Source of the DNA: Candidatus Gottesmanbacteria bacterium UBA6580
Lineage (GTDB): Bacteria; Patescibacteriota; Microgenomatia; UBA10105; UBA927
NCBI GenBank assembly: GCA_002433895.1
Contig: DJJA01000001.1
Span: forward strand, 81,438 to 125,384
Length of the DNA: 43,947 nucleotides
Direction of reading: 5' to 3'
Part shown: in pieces, positions 24,201 through 27,819 of the stretch
Layout: each line of letters begins with the position of its first letter
Numbering within the stretch: position 1 is the stretch's first letter
Translations under genes and position numbers: made by a program
Notes under the pieces: generated by a model
The model's database searches: none
Told to the model about the DNA's origin: nothing
What the model saw: the letters and a program-made list of their open reading frames with translations, nothing else

Positions 24201-27200
24201 ATTGGCTCACCAAAAAGTCTTCAACTGTAGCATCTTTGTTGTTTGCCGCTGCTTTGAAGTTTTCATACGCTGCAGCCGTTTCAGTATCGTTTTTAATTTG
24301 TTCTTCCGTACGGGTGACGAGGTCGGGAACTGCGCGCACAACCTCGCTCACGTATATTTGTGCCGTAAGCTGTTGTTGCGCAAGCGACGCGTCGGGCCGC
24401 AACCGTTCGGTAATCCATCCGTCCCCTATGCTTGCCACTGCCTGCCACGTTTTATTCCGGACGGTTCCCAACGGACCCAGATCCTTGATGGTGTCTTCAA
24501 CATCAACCTCACCCCGGAGTATTTTCTGGACAAATGCCTCTTCACTTTCTTCACCCGACCGGAAATATCCGGCAGCTTCAAGCGCGGGTTTTTGCCGGTA
24601 AAATAAGGCAAGATCCGCTTCAAGCGTCGGATTGGGCGCAACATCATATTTCGCGAGTGTCCCTTCGGCCTGATTTTCCGCCTCGTCCTTCCCCATACCA
24701 AACGTGTTACTCCAGGAGGTTTTCACGGAAATAAAGAACTTATCAAGCGGCGTTTGCCCCTGACGTGGCGCGGTTCCGTTGGCGTACATCTCGCGGCACG
24801 CCGAATTGCACCCTTGGGGCGGTGGTAAAAATGGGTGTTTTTCATTTTCATACTCAGTCGGCACAATCTTCCCGGCACGCACGTCCGCCAAAAACTTATC
24901 GTATTCTCCATCGGCCTTTAGCTCAGGCGTCATACGCTCTATAGCTTTCAATTGCTCCGCATCAAACATTGCCTGCAAGACATCCTCAGTTTTCCCCGCT
25001 GTGTTCCGCCCTTCATTCAGACGCTCTGCCTTCCAAGTGTTGTAAGCTGTTGCATACTCGCTTTCAGGATTTGCGTCAGCGATCGTCTGTGGCGTCTCCA
25101 CCAATGCCTCGCGACGCAAATTCTCCGGTAACGACCGGTTCAGCGCAGCCCGCACTGCTTCCGCATCGGTAAGCCGAACGCCTGCAAGCCGCGGATCGGT
25201 TCGGTGTTCATTTGCCCACTTCACTACTTCTGCGTCACTTCCCGTTATGTTTAATATCGCGACATCATGTAAGCCAAACGCAACTTGTAAATCTGCCTGC
25301 GCGGCGGCCGACACTGCGCTTTTGAGTGCGGCGCGCGCTGACTCTAAGCTGCCGCATGCTGCAGTACCAATTACCTGTTCACAGACCAGCACCTCACTCC
25401 CTGGGCCATTATTTTCTACCAAACTCACGATCTGGCTTTCGCGACCCTCGAGCAAACTTTGCTGATACCCAGATGCTAAACCGGATGACTCTAAATGTTG
25501 TCTGCGGAGTTCATTGGCACGGGCGGGAGTACAGGTGCCGCAAAGCTCTTCGTCAGTTTGATAAATATAGTCTGATACTGTTTTATAGCTTTTGTATAAC
25601 TTTGTGATCTCTGCCCTGTCGGCAACTGAGGTTCCGGGGTATGCAAGTGCCGCGGCTGCATTTTTCTGGTACCCGGTACAATCCAGACCTGTTTGTGTCT
25701 CTTTGGCCACCAGACAGTTTGCGTAATCGCTTTGGGCGATCAGATACAAATTTGATGCTTTATTGACGGCGTAATCGCGGTATGTCTCATTCAATTGTTC
25801 AGCGGCCGCTACAGGATCAATACCTGCTGCAATAAGCGCGTTATTGGCAAGCTGCAGATAGCCATCACAATTCCGGTCATTTGATTGCTGCGCTTTACAC
25901 AGCTCCCAATTTTCCCGCTGCGCAAAATAGGTATCCTGCCCCTCATATACTTTTACCTGTTCCGCTATCCCTGCTTTCGCGATTTCTTGATACGCCGCAG
26001 ATTCCGCGGTTAAACCATATTGTTTATATACGTCGGATTTACACGAGGCAGACGTACCACACGCATAAATATCCGCGGCCATTTTATCAACATTTTCCTG
26101 GAACTCTGCCGTCTCTTTTCTGTATTCGTCCGCAAGCCCCGCACTCGACGGAATAATGGTAAGCGGACACCCTGGACATTGTTCCCACATACCTGCTGAC
26201 GGATTATTGGGGTTCCGCACACAGCGGTACCGCTGATTATCGTTAAGCGGTGTAGCCGGGCCATACTGCTCTCCCGTCGCGACATTACCCTCGGTAATCG
26301 TCACCCCTTCCGCCCCTCCACAACTCACCGCAGGTGTTGGTTTTGCCGTGGGTGCTGGTGTCACCGTCACTCCCGGCTTAATAGTAACGGTCGGGACAAT
26401 CGGTGTGACGGTGGGCTGAACAACGACGGCAACGGCAGTTGGCGCCGCCGTAACGGCAGGCGGAACCGTTGTTACAACAGGGGCATTCGTCGGTTGTGAG
26501 GTTGGATAGTTATCGGTACAAATATACCCTTGGATAATATTAAACTTCTTGCCACCTGCACACTTATCGCATGATTTCGGATCATCTTTTTTGTTGACAC
26601 AATCAAACCCCATGGGAAACGGCGTGTTAGCAGGCGTTACACCAGTATTCGTGGCAACCGCTGGTGCAGGCTTGGGGGTATCTGTTGGTTTTGGTTTACA
26701 AAATCCCCAAGATGAACCGTATTCACAACTACCACAATCCAATCCGCACCATGATTCCGGAGCCCTGGTGGGCTTTGGGACAACCGGTGTGGCGCCCCCA
26801 GCCAGTGGTGCGGGCGTTGGCGTGGTCGGACAATCACCAATATGAATAGGCCCCCAACATATGCTTGGCAGCTGACTGACTCCTGCAGTCATCAGGGTGG
26901 GCAACGCCTCACATTGCTTGGTAACCACATTGTACTTCCCCTTCCCACCGCATTGGTCTTTATCTAGTGCAATTTGTGTAAGGAGGGGTGGAGGGGTAGC
27001 AATTGCCACCTTTGTAGGAATAGGTGTGACAGGGATAGCACATGTTTGATTTTGTGTGTTATATTGTCCGCCTCTCGACCGACACTCTGTTGAGGTATAA
27101 CTTGTCACTATTTTTACCGAGGGGGTTGGGATTTTTCCTCCAGCAAGCACCGTAAGACAATTTTGCCTTGCCTCTGTCGTCTGAAGTTGCAAACACAATG

Positions 27201-27672
27201 CCCGATCAGCAGAAGATGGTGTTGTTGTACGTATGGGTGTTGTTGTACGTATGGGTGTTGTTGTACGTATCGGTGATGGCGACGTCGTACTTGACGGTCG
27301 TGGCGTTGTGCTCGGTATTCGTGTCGGCGAAACAAATGGAGTCACGTTTGATCCGCGGCAAGCTAAACACGCATATCCGGACGGATCCTGACACACGGTG
27401 GCACACGGATCATTATATGGATTTTGTGCAGCAAACTGCCGCAACTCGCCTACGCGCTCTTGTTGCACCCGCGCGATGATAAAAAACGTACTAGCAGCGA
27501 ACGCAAGAAGAAGCAGTAACGGCAACAGCCGAACAAATCCTCCCTGATATATTTTTCGCTTTGTGTAACAATCTATAAAAAAGTGGAACAGTCGTGATCT
27601 TGTTGTGGCGTCTTCCTCATGGGCAGCATTTTTTGTGTGTTGATTTCTAAAAGAAAAATGGGATAAACTCAC
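1..27672 (-). CDS. Giant multidomain membrane/surface protein, at least 9,224 aa, 3'-truncated by the window edge
   Basis: Minus-strand frame with codon first bases at multiples of 3. An in-frame TAA at 27681-27679 is followed by GTG at 27672. Manual translation of most 60-nt lines down to base 1 gave protein-like sequence with no stop. The ORF track lists no stop-terminated ORF in this frame, consistent with it running off the edge. The start codon is the first available one and is not certain. Confidence 0.93.
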   Translation of the reverse strand, partial: MSLSHFSFRNQHTKNAAHEEDATTRSRLFHFFIDCYTKRKIYQGGFVRLLPLLLLLAFAASTFFIIARVQQERVGELRQFAAQNPYNDPCATVCQDPSGYACLACRGSNVTPFVSPTRIPSTTPRPSSTTSPSPIRTTTPIRTTTPIRTTTPSSADRALCLQLQTTEARQNCLTVLAGGKIPTPSVKIVTSYTSTECRSRGGQYNTQNQTCAIPVTPIPTKVAIATPPPLLTQIALDKDQCGGKGKYNVVTKQCEALPTLMTAGVSQLPSICWGPIHIGDCPTTPTPAPLAGGATPVVPKPTRAPESWCGLDCGSCEYGSSWGFCKPKPTDTPKPAPAVATNTGVTPANTPFPMGFDCVNKKDDPKSCDKCAGGKKFNIIQGYICTDNYPTSQPTNAPVVTTVPPAVTAAPTAVAVVVQPTVTPIVPTVTIKPGVTVTPAPTAKPTPAVSCGGAEGVTITEGNVATGEQYGPATPLNDNQRYRCVRNPNNPSAGMWEQCPGCPLTIIPSSAGLADEYRKETAEFQENVDKMAADIYACGTSASCKSDVYKQYGLTAESAAYQEIAKAGIAEQVKVYEGQDTYFAQRENWELCKAQQSNDRNCDGYLQLANNALIAAGIDPVAAAEQLNETYRDYAVNKASNLYLIAQSDYANCLVAKETQTGLDCTGYQKNAAAALAYPGTSVADRAEITKLYKSYKTVSDYIYQTDEELCGTCTPARANELRRQHLESSGLASGYQQSLLEGRESQIVSLVENNGPGSEVLVCEQVIGTAACGSLESARAALKSAVSAAAQADLQVAFGLHDVAILNITGSDAEVVKWANEHRTDPRLAGVRLTDAEAVRAALNRSLPENLRREALVETPQTIADANPESEYATAYNTWKAERLNEGRNTAGKTEDVLQAMFDAEQLKAIERMTPELKADGEYDKFLADVRAGKIVPTEYENEKHPFLPPPQGCNSACREMYANGTAPRQGQTPLDKFFISVKTSWSNTFGMGKDEAENQAEGTLAKYDVAPNPTLEADLALFYRQKPALEAAGYFRSGEESEEAFVQKILRGEVDVEDTIKDLGPLGTVRNKTWQAVASIGDGWITERLRPDASLAQQQLTAQIYVSEVVRAVPDLVTRTEEQIKNDTETAAAYENFKAAANNKDATVEDFLVSQYAAALNIETKARAGLYDIEAIDAILPAENGGASWLRTAALAGTLDVGKLQLDLAEAKTAFELAKDEAKAAYDAERSRPTVNAQLAYEQYSEKLKEASRPQADILANAYFNSLDPADIAAATAKMEQKLEDQNITIPVETYQKQQLAAFLNDEDVQFLMRSGGVDITLDGVLDGTYNMERASDLLTDIRKTDTLAALALDLNKFENGGLLKGQLLRDQANIAWDEAKCDDKNVFTTTECRQAMWDNTRGAVMMTAKPVGTTLMVAVPALRLVQLAGTAISAQTALAVAGEALSIQMTGSSLQDTAEVCTARVDMDAWGCAQSAGMTLFAASSILPASQQVSTLARVARIERANTGALTLLDTVDNAVAGNRLTSWMVPKADQAVAQLAALPRAALTAGTEQAVITQSNTVAQNLVRTVYSGAAEPVAIQMGRNALGATVFGAQAVQVCSQNGINADCLTSAGMALVAAARVVTGPITASQTGGANVTRAVTRADQFVNSAQALTACSAAALGETSYENCATSIAMAGLGFGQAAVAQSRAEAPRVENPFIARDVVVTDLSLLQSVSAGETVTITDGTTVTANNLARVRASLLNNLSLLDTVRADTTVTLTDGTAVTAENVGAVRLRLSGDVERLSRVAPARTVTLSDGTVVDAQNVDQIRTTLANQLGGATAAMAQTIAQTNQIAAQFRNNAPEDEALMTPAQRALADAIKTWERYVTPAGEVRTAEAIGGFAGLTERIVTGGMVEAARQAVAVAQRQVADAEIASTVRDPRGRVEQLVDRILRREPVEIQRYRQAVETFRNVSQTSAPDSVAYREAIRTVRSMEQAAGEYNLTNAQKEIAARRNAARDNLEGTAREIEAIRERMRLLGESDENVALELLLRQDQLQRANNDLDLLRTEGASPERIAIAEEVARVALAAVERVQQLQLERSALTTPELRANRAAEIEQRELLPRQIQARGFSEQVALFTQQLETSRTFTGQVREFAVRVLSRTPLSAENAPARELRRVRDAINRQLGADVSEESVALYREFNNASAEMDRVRRSVNILNRYDPARTGIEGPLTEARARRLAQIEEVSRGYFQDILPDQTARSIEEIRAGVSEVVVGRRSIFGTRSNADVMTAFDELIVQHHRLVDEPGARDQILRSHEQAMTRLDTALERLYGRDTPEFKRASIEIRKSLKQIDLATQIAKAEQLGNSDLAARLRQTQEVNLSMFSSLNEATRLGLEHIIRDTEYRLTIYEQDFRSLRAKQLETIFGLLSNDGTAIELTTAGGKTWVVSAISRIHNEVFNRKAVIMFRKGQAGQLMDYVRSVYPGDDAVVRMSSEMFQGDQTVTSRALSQIEKAKVLIVEPEDMAFVRNMATMKYDNPRVRADIIHAYLSSIKNTGFSIDELNLALDTNTRMINPANGIDSVEIEEILLATREDVGRVLLDLGILQDGKFDAWKTSENGVAALTDGYIVTRTNPDGSVTQQLIRSAKFTQAALDRVLPALERQFGLDDGVLRKVSEIRDSAGTSGAGYEAALRDAGISVEAAARAADVLGSLNTYANFMTMVPNTAYFRGTNAFGIRATVPGSEGVASPQQTYNKYMQPVAEIVGALANGEGFQTIKGSKMSVAPEQAYQSTVADVIADAVILYGDVHVGGVTGTIGSAYDVLANAYRMVTNVDGETARRIFDEGRLRADRFTISRQEDIVRVLAEQIARGVYDTSVGKNANGNLKITLGGDLGLSSLEVAREIVRRTGNTNKTFVLGVNGDTFYEVKFNADGTIADGFKDADGLPNKTITTDEVSQWYINEGRGDIVSILDRGSATGGNIRTPDSVPGALLTSDTAPEYLVLQAASRLDRTGGLADQHLLLAKSTAVAFGADGVTLDALRGTPDEFTSFRENAIRVQDAYAKDQSAQANTLGMELAASRPLAHGVMTFGTIDSPVARDVADWLSDRLLEMSTHEAIEDTSLGVRTTVSADSQQRTLAARNSRFAQLTDFYQRLFDAPENQAYLNVIRETAPAIYERMVNSRNALLDVPVGIDPLAYATTQGGTSKDAPLLQGDLLSYRRAHNISVTEASEALFTGGSVDQKRIAQARATAEAMQNQEVSRQVLSQNGARAGEIAQRATTTRPLSTGDRATLSLTAGAITFYQNLVNQARASIDQNRNQRPERIAAQNNNAIRADDVVVGLFVPGDRQPCAVYDPFHIRVVAASPCLPVGTKQITDPHRVAVTIEKGTKATWTDAAGNHDIIFDGASAVLSLNGIHAIVLHLADGDVTLSQEDIERIRSGVNTRAIALPTYQQAINTIQTTTQQFTSWGITDASAEAIMNAVRRDAEARVRRAVGNSSLDAAALSEAVEAIVLYEQAGYRDLARMRQGDLLNITTEQMEARLAQSRNTAAAALHNLLPNSTASEVEERLADATRRPMTDLIAAQRREVNRAIAQAARAKQNAATRAWWQQLPARTIAAAQNVFGRQGPTYAVIGAIRQRIGGQTAVPQPQATAPRVRSTWADVWTAYNWSLGAHPFGMFGQIVSRIVTGQGPWATGEQIGQLVFWSGTRIVPFFVGQPWIAIGFLANDILLQPAVRLVESGVRTANVALTVPTIQNFFHGDWLMPLMNSPRFAQSLKNILAGSRTGALESTVNATPFAIGDPNWNIVRATLQTIQWTTSLVASAPLRIGWDVYRIGRVLSNRNQPAIPMAQYVKNPDNWTTRGYELWVLPKAWINATPRNNARAWLISRPFMTVAAIFFPPLHAISSPLWAYDFQRFADEGLAGWNRFWSAPNGRTVWWIPRSEWAEGAAITASGAATPRPRTTVSQFVARVLTASPRQDRAMFWISRAIFALTPGPFWGTRALLVLGFDGARLVSSGIASSPTLNGWFDAMTRSDGNIIARFFNANPANGFRGALGYVFSRFIVLPMVVGVLGVAFGGAGIFGAIPAFLVTLLVPFVIGYDTLRVGMWAHNLARTTVRLNVVPGEEASQLAELARVQQQHIMRVTTLQQEAQAAETALANARKRRDDLVLLRNAANSPEAIALAQQQYAQSLPLFDEAQRLLQAAVEAENEAQRQVTALREEVNRLQEIAARRSAGTTVTSDINHTLLGGNENTLDLEDAEFLEPYDEADQNVIVRDIVNNPRYASLIRLALANVGQNDLTLDDLLYKLFYSERRGSTETQGFYEVMLPRAVKRLVAFNRNIMGITSAPSGYWAKSTIGRSIHAVESEQGADHVGRVYINTEYEYTALIFRDIVEALQQAGIDASAKMINVYHDGSIDFNLVTRPDKMVLYFADKDQAKVLAILDAIYARQAAYYKTLTTAGIVPKSRVAFRNAIPKFSAQMRRSDGQEMTGVAFVQNRASAVSFGMRVAATLAKMHEDGLDITNPTVVSANIGAYLAQQKRDANRPYLGIGGDVLFAAIVSRVEQRRAVNQVAVQQAPVIVDDVNGRLTQLQSLLQQAGSVLGEREEAARLARITFADREREMNNARSAVDALTPANIESQIQSVENEVVSLEQTLVEKQAAFAQEKAKADAAAALIAAQQELNSFFAGLRAQGVGIGVLDLRTLWGNAAGIARAFNNLVSPIIIREQQNLTVLQNLQRALIAGVAPGAGFVRDIISGSNVMDAVALAISTEEARLAALQQPAGTIIVQVPVTSGSPQAPATVIDLTGFTLVGVVLPADIREGVGVPVVAQYRNATGEVRELPGIIKSQGLSENTWSISIDGVSAPVVVATTQLIPTTTYDAAPVGGIAPEDVDVLVQEFFAGNSAIAEQLVISAQMNPEQCSNCVDFVRNVIMPYLANAQQARVSGNTNEAVDLLEEIVTAIAQHENNHLPNSDHADAGKPLNTILFDMIRYLAFSRQAALLAGTADEPRVGALRDAARLARRSAMNAVREELRGNNTAQANEVFAFIRDQRKADLAAIATMTDAVLAQQALDDIRSEITTRSDSRISRWLDTAADLLLGNQLLNEYEQEIKAAEARIVSLRSRPLSTEPVAGTEEGEEAGLPSFDNWLGWWNYSENLIRERIANLPFVPLPPRAPVAINVALSQEVQRQIRAVRDGRESIAVGAEDAASDILRQAYENELNTPRLPIFSPEQVFIRLIEQTEQNGNLEEAAELGRDLRDLTGIILRAAADVRQGWSSPDDTPALADDAAGRVLRRFGELGIDPELFVNTWNRHVRVQIGDIHQLMEHMIAGPENTSAVDGETYARLSEPILGSIFDPMAAYLAQLSQRTAAVDNSTQGNARRTLENAIDAYNRIAPQERYYSQRTANNPGNYDVLTSVEERLNDFLSQLEAWGMVIEAAPEEPKETEKSSQITTAGEAYVFIRSDIQQSPVILGAEENADIRFAVGQAEIGHVRMYMVDGKLFVEGIEGTVINRGSKAIPASEVELRNRDVITLGENGPKVRILISGDTVTVKVLSLRTEQRKKKSAAVHFIEVFETDGDADDADFGNPVNDAVDMLVTNLTARLEVEDLQRAQIQAAVATGLAGGTNAINIIVQLTDEDSVLSEAIRTLTDAAGSATVILTHIPEVMEIITSSNFDAIPPELEDLIIRIKAEQQQSSVRREALTDAEAAPIVTALLAGNLDEAVRLTTELGIDGSGQLTVLQSLPVEGERVPVTVPNTLLAVVANYNAAGPAENVTAEDFLQRLLRYLSAIENDGVIVVDTEQTQAEQIIRQFAQVIGLTDSNEQRAVEAVVQLVAGEAGQQNAENVQGVLTADTTWQEPVTDHFLTVIDRADLVEALLTVYARTIISIDIDHARQVPTVLRLEQLALEALEAANSGWVRGAGETEEIFRTAHAPEITTTLLQQLFPNETQYHAPTDATLTRLQEVYGISEDGLVTLIGDTAHYLWLRSPGEAGGQGGTSVDGGSGQPGGVSAEALRMLAVIRAELDQEQVEFEIAQNTAAQQRRIAISQLAEEIDREEARLQSEAAARIAALQEAEAELVRLRQQAIADQRVLDDINALEERIRQRKIAYEASRPQPAPIPVVNIDFVPEPESEVETGTQLFSDAWIETLNDLRAVSASREWFTDFAADIEALMAAANAETNAALQREILARMDTVVIAALDAIGNELPLVSDEVIREMRARIAARQEAREREEFERTQTEAARLARTRVQLLSLIEQANTDRVQEALIEAEAEVLTSEQIMRAVVLGNENETRRLIRETLEVYEITDEVLATAQSGLSQALIIDELQQSVEDMHRGRVVTSAPRNVVDELSRTREAFRLLTLAPVELSTERTALLTDLRQAIERRHALEDEADALTIQQARVNQARRVAINELIPEIERLEVELVAAQREGKIRTSLLMVLAQLPQNLYREVAVVEAEIVKSPEILRMVVNPGTPAVELRNYIREILIAHQITDPVLALGEAGLTQEELLDLLVSLAHYAHRQEYRTAPAAPEVTDEAYFASQVARVFAEADVEQQRSGWLAAEQALWEEIRSGFIEAERRDASEIERANATRYADSLGRIEEIAQRRRWTDRVIHGADVLAEELLGIPNPITTVLIPAVIQSSAPAYNAMQSLLTIWQLRDAERETFITEIVLLEQIERRKHELAIIANDVRYDESFVAALSRSQTDAITVLSAILDDQNLTPTVFVGLGVTRDEWVELVVGLYQSALTAQPRINLLSTESNHEELRAQATSILINEFAVTQEIMRTIDANDAMQSLLGQYTATMVSVELEQLAQWETNAIEVIGNETIETSLAGSTRIGYGTLYGSLEESGLYQPFGIFSRAFLKTRGGIVYRVHQQTWAGVIARLRPWYASLTLEAIERYAGPAEGESEAAIVERIFTDIQAAFNDIEEGALRAASAGLAQRLRKQYAETLQERAQQTAETEFSTQLADLTGGLSYDLNLLALAQGVREAEEANNDALAAQRRNILRTEVRDAVAAQAARVDPGNSVDTRNQIISREAASLMARVETIAVLLPVLEQVSPRDGALQPFLSYIAQVPLEEVLRVADAFSAMVAKVTGVDDVDRENIITLLRRGNTQEALNYAQETVASTSLFDGINRFDPQTQLVRPYAYDLEMVAGRYIVSLLQEQLALVEKQDILSRAHELAKRMKSYGEISPVSGWRLEENEFVSNDWFTVQGRLRALKNPEEITPQIIADMERVDFYLKMANTARLVKETRKTFVVHIGGDEITLQKRGGLFRSNKVEHIQTPVGPVSLKINRVSRKSVNLSVTLERSNTEIQKDLPRNPAIRTVGYRIWRAAPWVLSGGAIFTVLAPFAYLWFNVMTATTPTLTYAEPPAIVQTYDQGSDYSKQAAETQNESPAQISEGGSQQLTPQEAYEQQVQEDFAESLEADNPFVSFLTKGMYRFMVEQRKARAAEEGNTYWQRILGKENPTQAEKDAVFNSPVISFVLLGMDARSADDPQGAVGTEGNELPFNQSRNDQNIVIYLDTQSGKLTVVSVPRILIMADGHYINTTTMTSTPDDPATKYIDEQRALPGVDMDDLESPLKNARLRYEWLTGRPVDSVTMGGFHGFMDTIDALYPEGINITSIANLSYATGYDEKTGQPTGLRTAFEKGKQYNLNGEGLFWYVRLRTGGGYLGGTSYGRELRLAQVLGQLGFDLSGRVLKDGNFHNVLQIIQDIITQLQSGRSFMTDTPWIGPNGELDQGLLYEMMARNDVIFRNNRSEYAKLIVGFPSAVVTNIQTQSFAPVSYDPDWQNRILVPVGSHVALPGYKPGIYLQGEWTYEAEDVAETIEYYAPVRTIITDNVYNGVVVPEAEGTDIGEDAPSGASVQPEIIDQAPVPLEDDQTNLPTQPESVFPEVPKLMMLGDSITSSGFLPGDVRDALAESGITAEFVGSQNTGPSGVPHEGHGGFTTTAIVRDLFNEDGNGVWNNMGDYPDNPVEFNESNIPDILVIHLGTNDLASGHNIDLVTLPNIERIIDFFRILKPNIRIVLVAVPPSNEQWNTKVPEFNQKLEVLAEEIATNQSPVIFAGDMNDFNRNEHLGDSVHPNHSGDRIIANNIADATKQIIELQQEPTEGNSSVPGGGAVKVNPMPVALFNQAQEGWQLHANIVAEHNGRSEVERKLRARGVGVNDLRRPLEQDGDRFIGSINPRNAAVEFVNYWWQTLWNWDAKLKREVVARVLVNRVTPQQLADAIRTAQAPIVLPVHTVIDQVAESLIDRTCGSTLSLRFIPVVFAQNTNIQSDGTCPAGSTITAVANVAKQAVQAPIITVLDAASDGIDASRVTIPIQLMETGAAFFRAIQRTLLERPDTMILAGNSGVPHLEAVLLIAQIIGVPASSMPKIILMPTIMPDGSIGPNTIAYKALSPEIISKAKADVEQRLQVDPGHEQLQYLRTLLDGEVTTELREGLMALYFPEIYQQLLDAKDITFFSEVLITGGSIREYVKFFEQLGIADKTKQYVAFAGRSGDENNVRVFARDPQTFSLEPQTVALPDGRTAFGIPDRAYDKAFDFNRLYDGIDADRRLVKEAFFRIIDDFTYIHMSGGKLYKDLDLSLFTRLLLEEIRKLERERAEAGQQGSQILTAPGFDERRQAGSRAIEEIRTSRNEIWQVKQGDVGTSTIYGDAVVQPEEVSELRGTELVLKKQIEALIVKKAKDGVQSPVTIVDFGGGNGISMLRLAVSLQTLVEKGEVVFVVTNLLRTIHEEIAQIQEDLSVHSNDEIQKRYGMSADALKKQLEFYTRAQGLVHYVSADASELANTSIQLPNGAAYRIAGNIDILHERMALAHGYINDTDLPLLGSMLSPYGAFFFHSTQIALRIDRSAEVEDLRQQATDIGMQNLERIGLARVPFEKEIIYRVYTKAGAPDIRHSIEEPRIIIAPASAGQRLHGIYAPIVDPTKKIVRDVMRRVRQRACGGGAMLPVPVAYAADERGQVGGDCAAGQAIDAVTPIIETGMEPPVMTILNGAATNVLSGQDLSASLQVGSALLFVDEASGKVAIGYVPGADEWLVMVGKNAFEDVLKTPRYLQNGDFISIDEDIYQVTTDGQRMVLAGISGQPSIDTPFVSSSLVTEDAIPKAEPRQKPIQEYLAKDRDEAQLRLVKLERQIKANGGYDTSRMMGVVSVAGDGASFLPHTISSMLDQLTEIEKHADIIVGLNNGYPNDVQTRKSFPGARTQFDAFVAKLRERGDVEI
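980..1700 (-). other. Class I SAM-dependent methyltransferase-like domain within the giant protein
   Basis: Motif I VTIVDFGGGNG (DFGGG at 1575-1561), then YVSADA, IDILHERMALAH and SMLSPYGAFF. Confidence 0.75.
1950..2660 (-). other. Type I phosphoribosyltransferase-like domain within the giant protein
   Basis: DTMILAGNSGVP (PPi-loop-like) and ITFFSEVLITGGSI (PRPP-loop-like; SEVLITGGS at 2277-2251). Confidence 0.55.
3370..3990 (-). other. SGNH/GDSL hydrolase domain within the giant protein
   Basis: Block I MLGDSIT (Ser at 3966-3964), FVGS...HEGHGG, block III HLGTND, block V DSVHP (3438-3424); catalytic residues are intact. Confidence 0.92.
4420..5690 (-). other. TM helix followed by a LytR-CpsA-Psr (LCP) domain within the giant protein
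   Basis: TM AAPWVLSGGAIFTVLAPFAYLWF (~5682-5614), then FVLLGMDAR...RNDQNIVIYLD...VVSVPRI...LTGRPVD...GFHGFMDTIDAL...LNGEGLFWYVRLR...YGRELRLAQ. Confidence 0.85.
11040..11320 (-). other. Degenerate FHA-like beta-sandwich within the giant protein
   Basis: PVILGAEENADIRF...GHVRMYMVDGKLFVEGIEGTVINR...ELRNRDVITLG matches the FHA pattern but lacks the GR/S/NG phospho-binding residues. Confidence 0.55.
12590..12950 (-). other. Putative zincin-like module (HENNH) within the giant protein
   Basis: IVTAIAQHENNH with HExxH at 12813-12799; downstream VREELRG offers a possible third Glu ligand; CxxC (CSNC) lies upstream. Confidence 0.45.
14050..14620 (-). other. HopA1-like (phospho-Ser/Thr lyase-like) domain within the giant protein
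   Basis: GRVYIN...SAKM...RPDKMVLYF...IPKF...GVAFVQ...SFGMRVA...DANRPYL follows the motif order of the HopA1 family. Confidence 0.7.
18600..20480 (-). other. SecA-like SF2 ATPase domain within the giant protein
   Basis: Q-motif LRAKQL (~20466), Walker A ELTTAGGKT (20406-20380), Walker B FSIDEL (~20046-20029), motif III GGVTGT (19287-19270), motif V-like LDRGSATGGNI (~18800), motif VI QAASRLDR (18705-18682). A ~250-aa insertion lies between motifs II and III, as in SecA. Confidence 0.78.
22210..22533 (-). repeat. Three 36-aa protein repeats (L..V....TVT[IL][TS]DGT.V.A.N[VL]..[VI]R..L)
   Basis: The DG dipeptides at 22482, 22374 and 22266 are exactly 108 nt apart. Confidence 0.9.
27218..27271. 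repeat. 18-bp tandem repeat x3 encoding (PIRTTT)3
   Basis: ggtgttgttgtacgtatg twice, then ggtgttgttgtacgtatc; in frame within the Pro/Thr-rich region. Confidence 0.95.
27420..27561 (-). other. N-terminal pilin-like signal/TM anchor of the giant protein
   Basis: KRKIYQG-GFVRLLPLLLLLAFAASTFFII-ARVQQERVGELRQFAA: basic stretch, G|F, ~20 hydrophobic residues. There is no Glu at +5. Confidence 0.75.
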
Positions 27673-27731
27673 CTTGCATTAACGAATCACCCGGTGCCCC
27701 CAAACCTCAATACATCAGGTGCTCACTTATT

Positions 27732-27807
27732 ACTATGATGATATCTAGTATATGCTGTCAATAGCCCACTTTCGGGTATTGACAAACATTAAAAATCTCT
27801 CCAAACT
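27732..27807. promoter_or_regulatory. Back-to-back divergent sigma70-type promoters for the giant gene and the small ORF
   Basis: TTGACA on - (27761-27756) with CATAGT 18 nt downstream; TTGACA on + (27779-27784) with CAAACT 17 nt downstream. The two -35 boxes form an inverted repeat. Confidence 0.55.
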
Positions 27808-27819
27808 GGATGTATTGCT

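Noticed and set aside
27218-27271. Possible CRISPR-like repeat
   Set aside because: Head-to-tail 18-mers with no spacers, in frame within a CDS, and no cas genes nearby.
165-27479. Dozens of plus-strand ORFs (up to 317 aa) and short minus-strand ORFs in the ORF track
   Set aside because: They are antisense or off-frame shadows of the giant ORF, with Ser/Arg/Cys-rich non-protein-like composition and no motifs.
27573-27629. ATG codons at 27629 and 27620 as the start of the giant gene
   Set aside because: They are in a different frame that hits TAG within 19 codons; the giant frame has only GTG 27672 upstream of the TM segment.
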